This document shows, one piece after another, positions 62,954-64,000 of a stretch of DNA of 64,000 nt. Both the position numbers and the translations under genes were made by a program. Location of the stretch: positions 5,568 to 69,567 of the forward strand of contig JAFQVL010000063.1 of assembly GCA_017408045.1 (NCBI GenBank), in the 5' to 3' direction. Origin of the DNA: Clostridia bacterium (GTDB lineage: Bacteria; Bacillota; Clostridia; Christensenellales; Borkfalkiaceae). The notes under the pieces are model-generated. The model was given only the letters and a program-made list of their open reading frames with translations. It searched no databases and was not told the DNA's origin. Position 1 is the first letter of the stretch. Each line of letters starts with the position of its first letter.

Positions 62954-64000
62954 ATGAAAATTATAAAATGTCAATTATTGCTTGTATTAGTAAGTTTGTG
63001 TTTTTTGTTAGGCGGATGCGGATTTTTGCCGTCTGGAAATTTTGGCGGAAGTCAACCCGCGCAAACGATTGATAACTTTGAATTTATTACGGATGAGAAG
63101 TTGACGATTGAAAATTTTTCCGATGATGAATACTACAAATTAGTTTTGTACGCTGGGGAAGAATATCAAATAAAAACTACCGTCGACGATCAGCTGGGCG
63201 AAGATTATTACATAAAATACGTGACGGATGACGATATTGACGGTAAGTTTACTTTGTCCGAGGACGGAAAAATAGAGACAAATTCCGCCCTGGAAAGCAA
63301 TGAAACTTTTGTCGTTGACGCGGAATTATATCAAACGGGTTTCACCAAGAGAATTAAGCGAAAGTATTTGATTTTGTCCATTTTGGTTGGGGAATATGCA
63401 ACCGTAACTTTGACCAACGACGGTTTGGAATACGACGAAAATACTTCCACCTATTCTCTTGCTGTTGAGTCGGGAAACTCTTTTTCGCTCTCTTATACCG
63501 TTTCCTATAACACCGCGTATATAATGACCTTTTCTCTTGCCGATCCGAACGACGCACCCTTTATATCGGTAGACGATCAAGGGCGTATTACGACGAGTAA
63601 AGTGGGCGAAGATAAAGCCTGCGAAATTGTCGTTCGTTTGACGGGTGCAAATGGTATGCTGGATGTCGTATTTTTACAAGTAACGCTTAAAAAGAGTGCG
63701 GATTTTATTAACCAACTTACGGTTGTAAACAAAGCCAACGCGCAAAGCATTCAAGACGGGGACGTCCTGACCATGTACAAAGGCACAGAACTTGCCTTTG
63801 ATATAAAATACAACAACGAATTAAAGACGCAAGCGATTACGGTTGGTTCCGCTTCCGTTTTACAGGTAAATAACGACACGAATACGCTGAAAGCAACGGA
63901 TATCGGTACGAGCGAAGTGGTTTTTGCTTACGCGGATAAACAAATCACCGTTACGGTAAACGTAGTGAAAGACCACTTGACTAGGTTGTATGCGGAAAAC
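62954..64000 (+). CDS. lipoprotein with Ig-like (Big-type) repeats, partial (runs off the window)
   Basis: ATG at 62954 with an AAGGAGG RBS. MKIIKCQLLLVLVSLCFLLGGCG lipobox. The frame is open to 64000 and beta-rich (..TLKATDIGTSEVVFAY..ITVTVNVV). It is absent from the ORF track because there is no stop. Confidence 0.65.
   Translation, partial: MKIIKCQLLLVLVSLCFLLGGCGFLPSGNFGGSQPAQTIDNFEFITDEKLTIENFSDDEYYKLVLYAGEEYQIKTTVDDQLGEDYYIKYVTDDDIDGKFTLSEDGKIETNSALESNETFVVDAELYQTGFTKRIKRKYLILSILVGEYATVTLTNDGLEYDENTSTYSLAVESGNSFSLSYTVSYNTAYIMTFSLADPNDAPFISVDDQGRITTSKVGEDKACEIVVRLTGANGMLDVVFLQVTLKKSADFINQLTVVNKANAQSIQDGDVLTMYKGTELAFDIKYNNELKTQAITVGSASVLQVNNDTNTLKATDIGTSEVVFAYADKQITVTVNVVKDHLTRLYAEN

Overview
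Chromosomal segment of a spore-forming Firmicute, probably Clostridia-like. All calls come from reading the sequence and the ORF translations; no database search was run. The left third carries the classic origin-proximal gene set (yyaC, queT, jag, yidC, yidD, rnpA, rpmH, dnaN, rsmG), but rearranged. There is no dnaA in the window. dnaN sits downstream of a 5.1 kb BspA-type LRR lipoprotein gene, and a dense DnaA-box cluster with AT-rich tracts lies upstream of rsmG. The rest is mostly housekeeping: engB, lon, holB, ricT, clpX, clpP, tig, rqcH, rplU, rpmA, rng, spoIVFA/FB, greA, lysS, a gerA operon, thrC, aminotransferases and rlmD. Accessory insertions are: (i) an RHS/YD-repeat polymorphic toxin with a glycine-zipper membrane-type C-terminal module and a 2-TM immunity candidate; (ii) a small XRE-HTH module with an A7G9 tract on its RBS; (iii) an AT-rich islet accreted at the 3' end of rlmD, marked by three copies of the rlmD 3' core and a 99-bp direct repeat. 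The most unusual signal is non-coding. Two unrelated loci (48.45-48.64 kb and 61.00-61.26 kb) share one architecture: four direct copies of an invariant 7-9-mer, then three to four inverted copies. Nearly every spacer is a different, flush-abutting mini-hairpin. I cannot assign this to any repeat, RNA or mobile-element class I know. Other oddities are an L27 pro-peptide with no Prp protease gene in the rplU-rpmA operon, two paralogous tandem-OB SSB-like genes, a DUF5685 / J-like Cys-rich / membrane gene trio, a frameshifted ABC-2 permease and a preQ1-I riboswitch candidate before queT.
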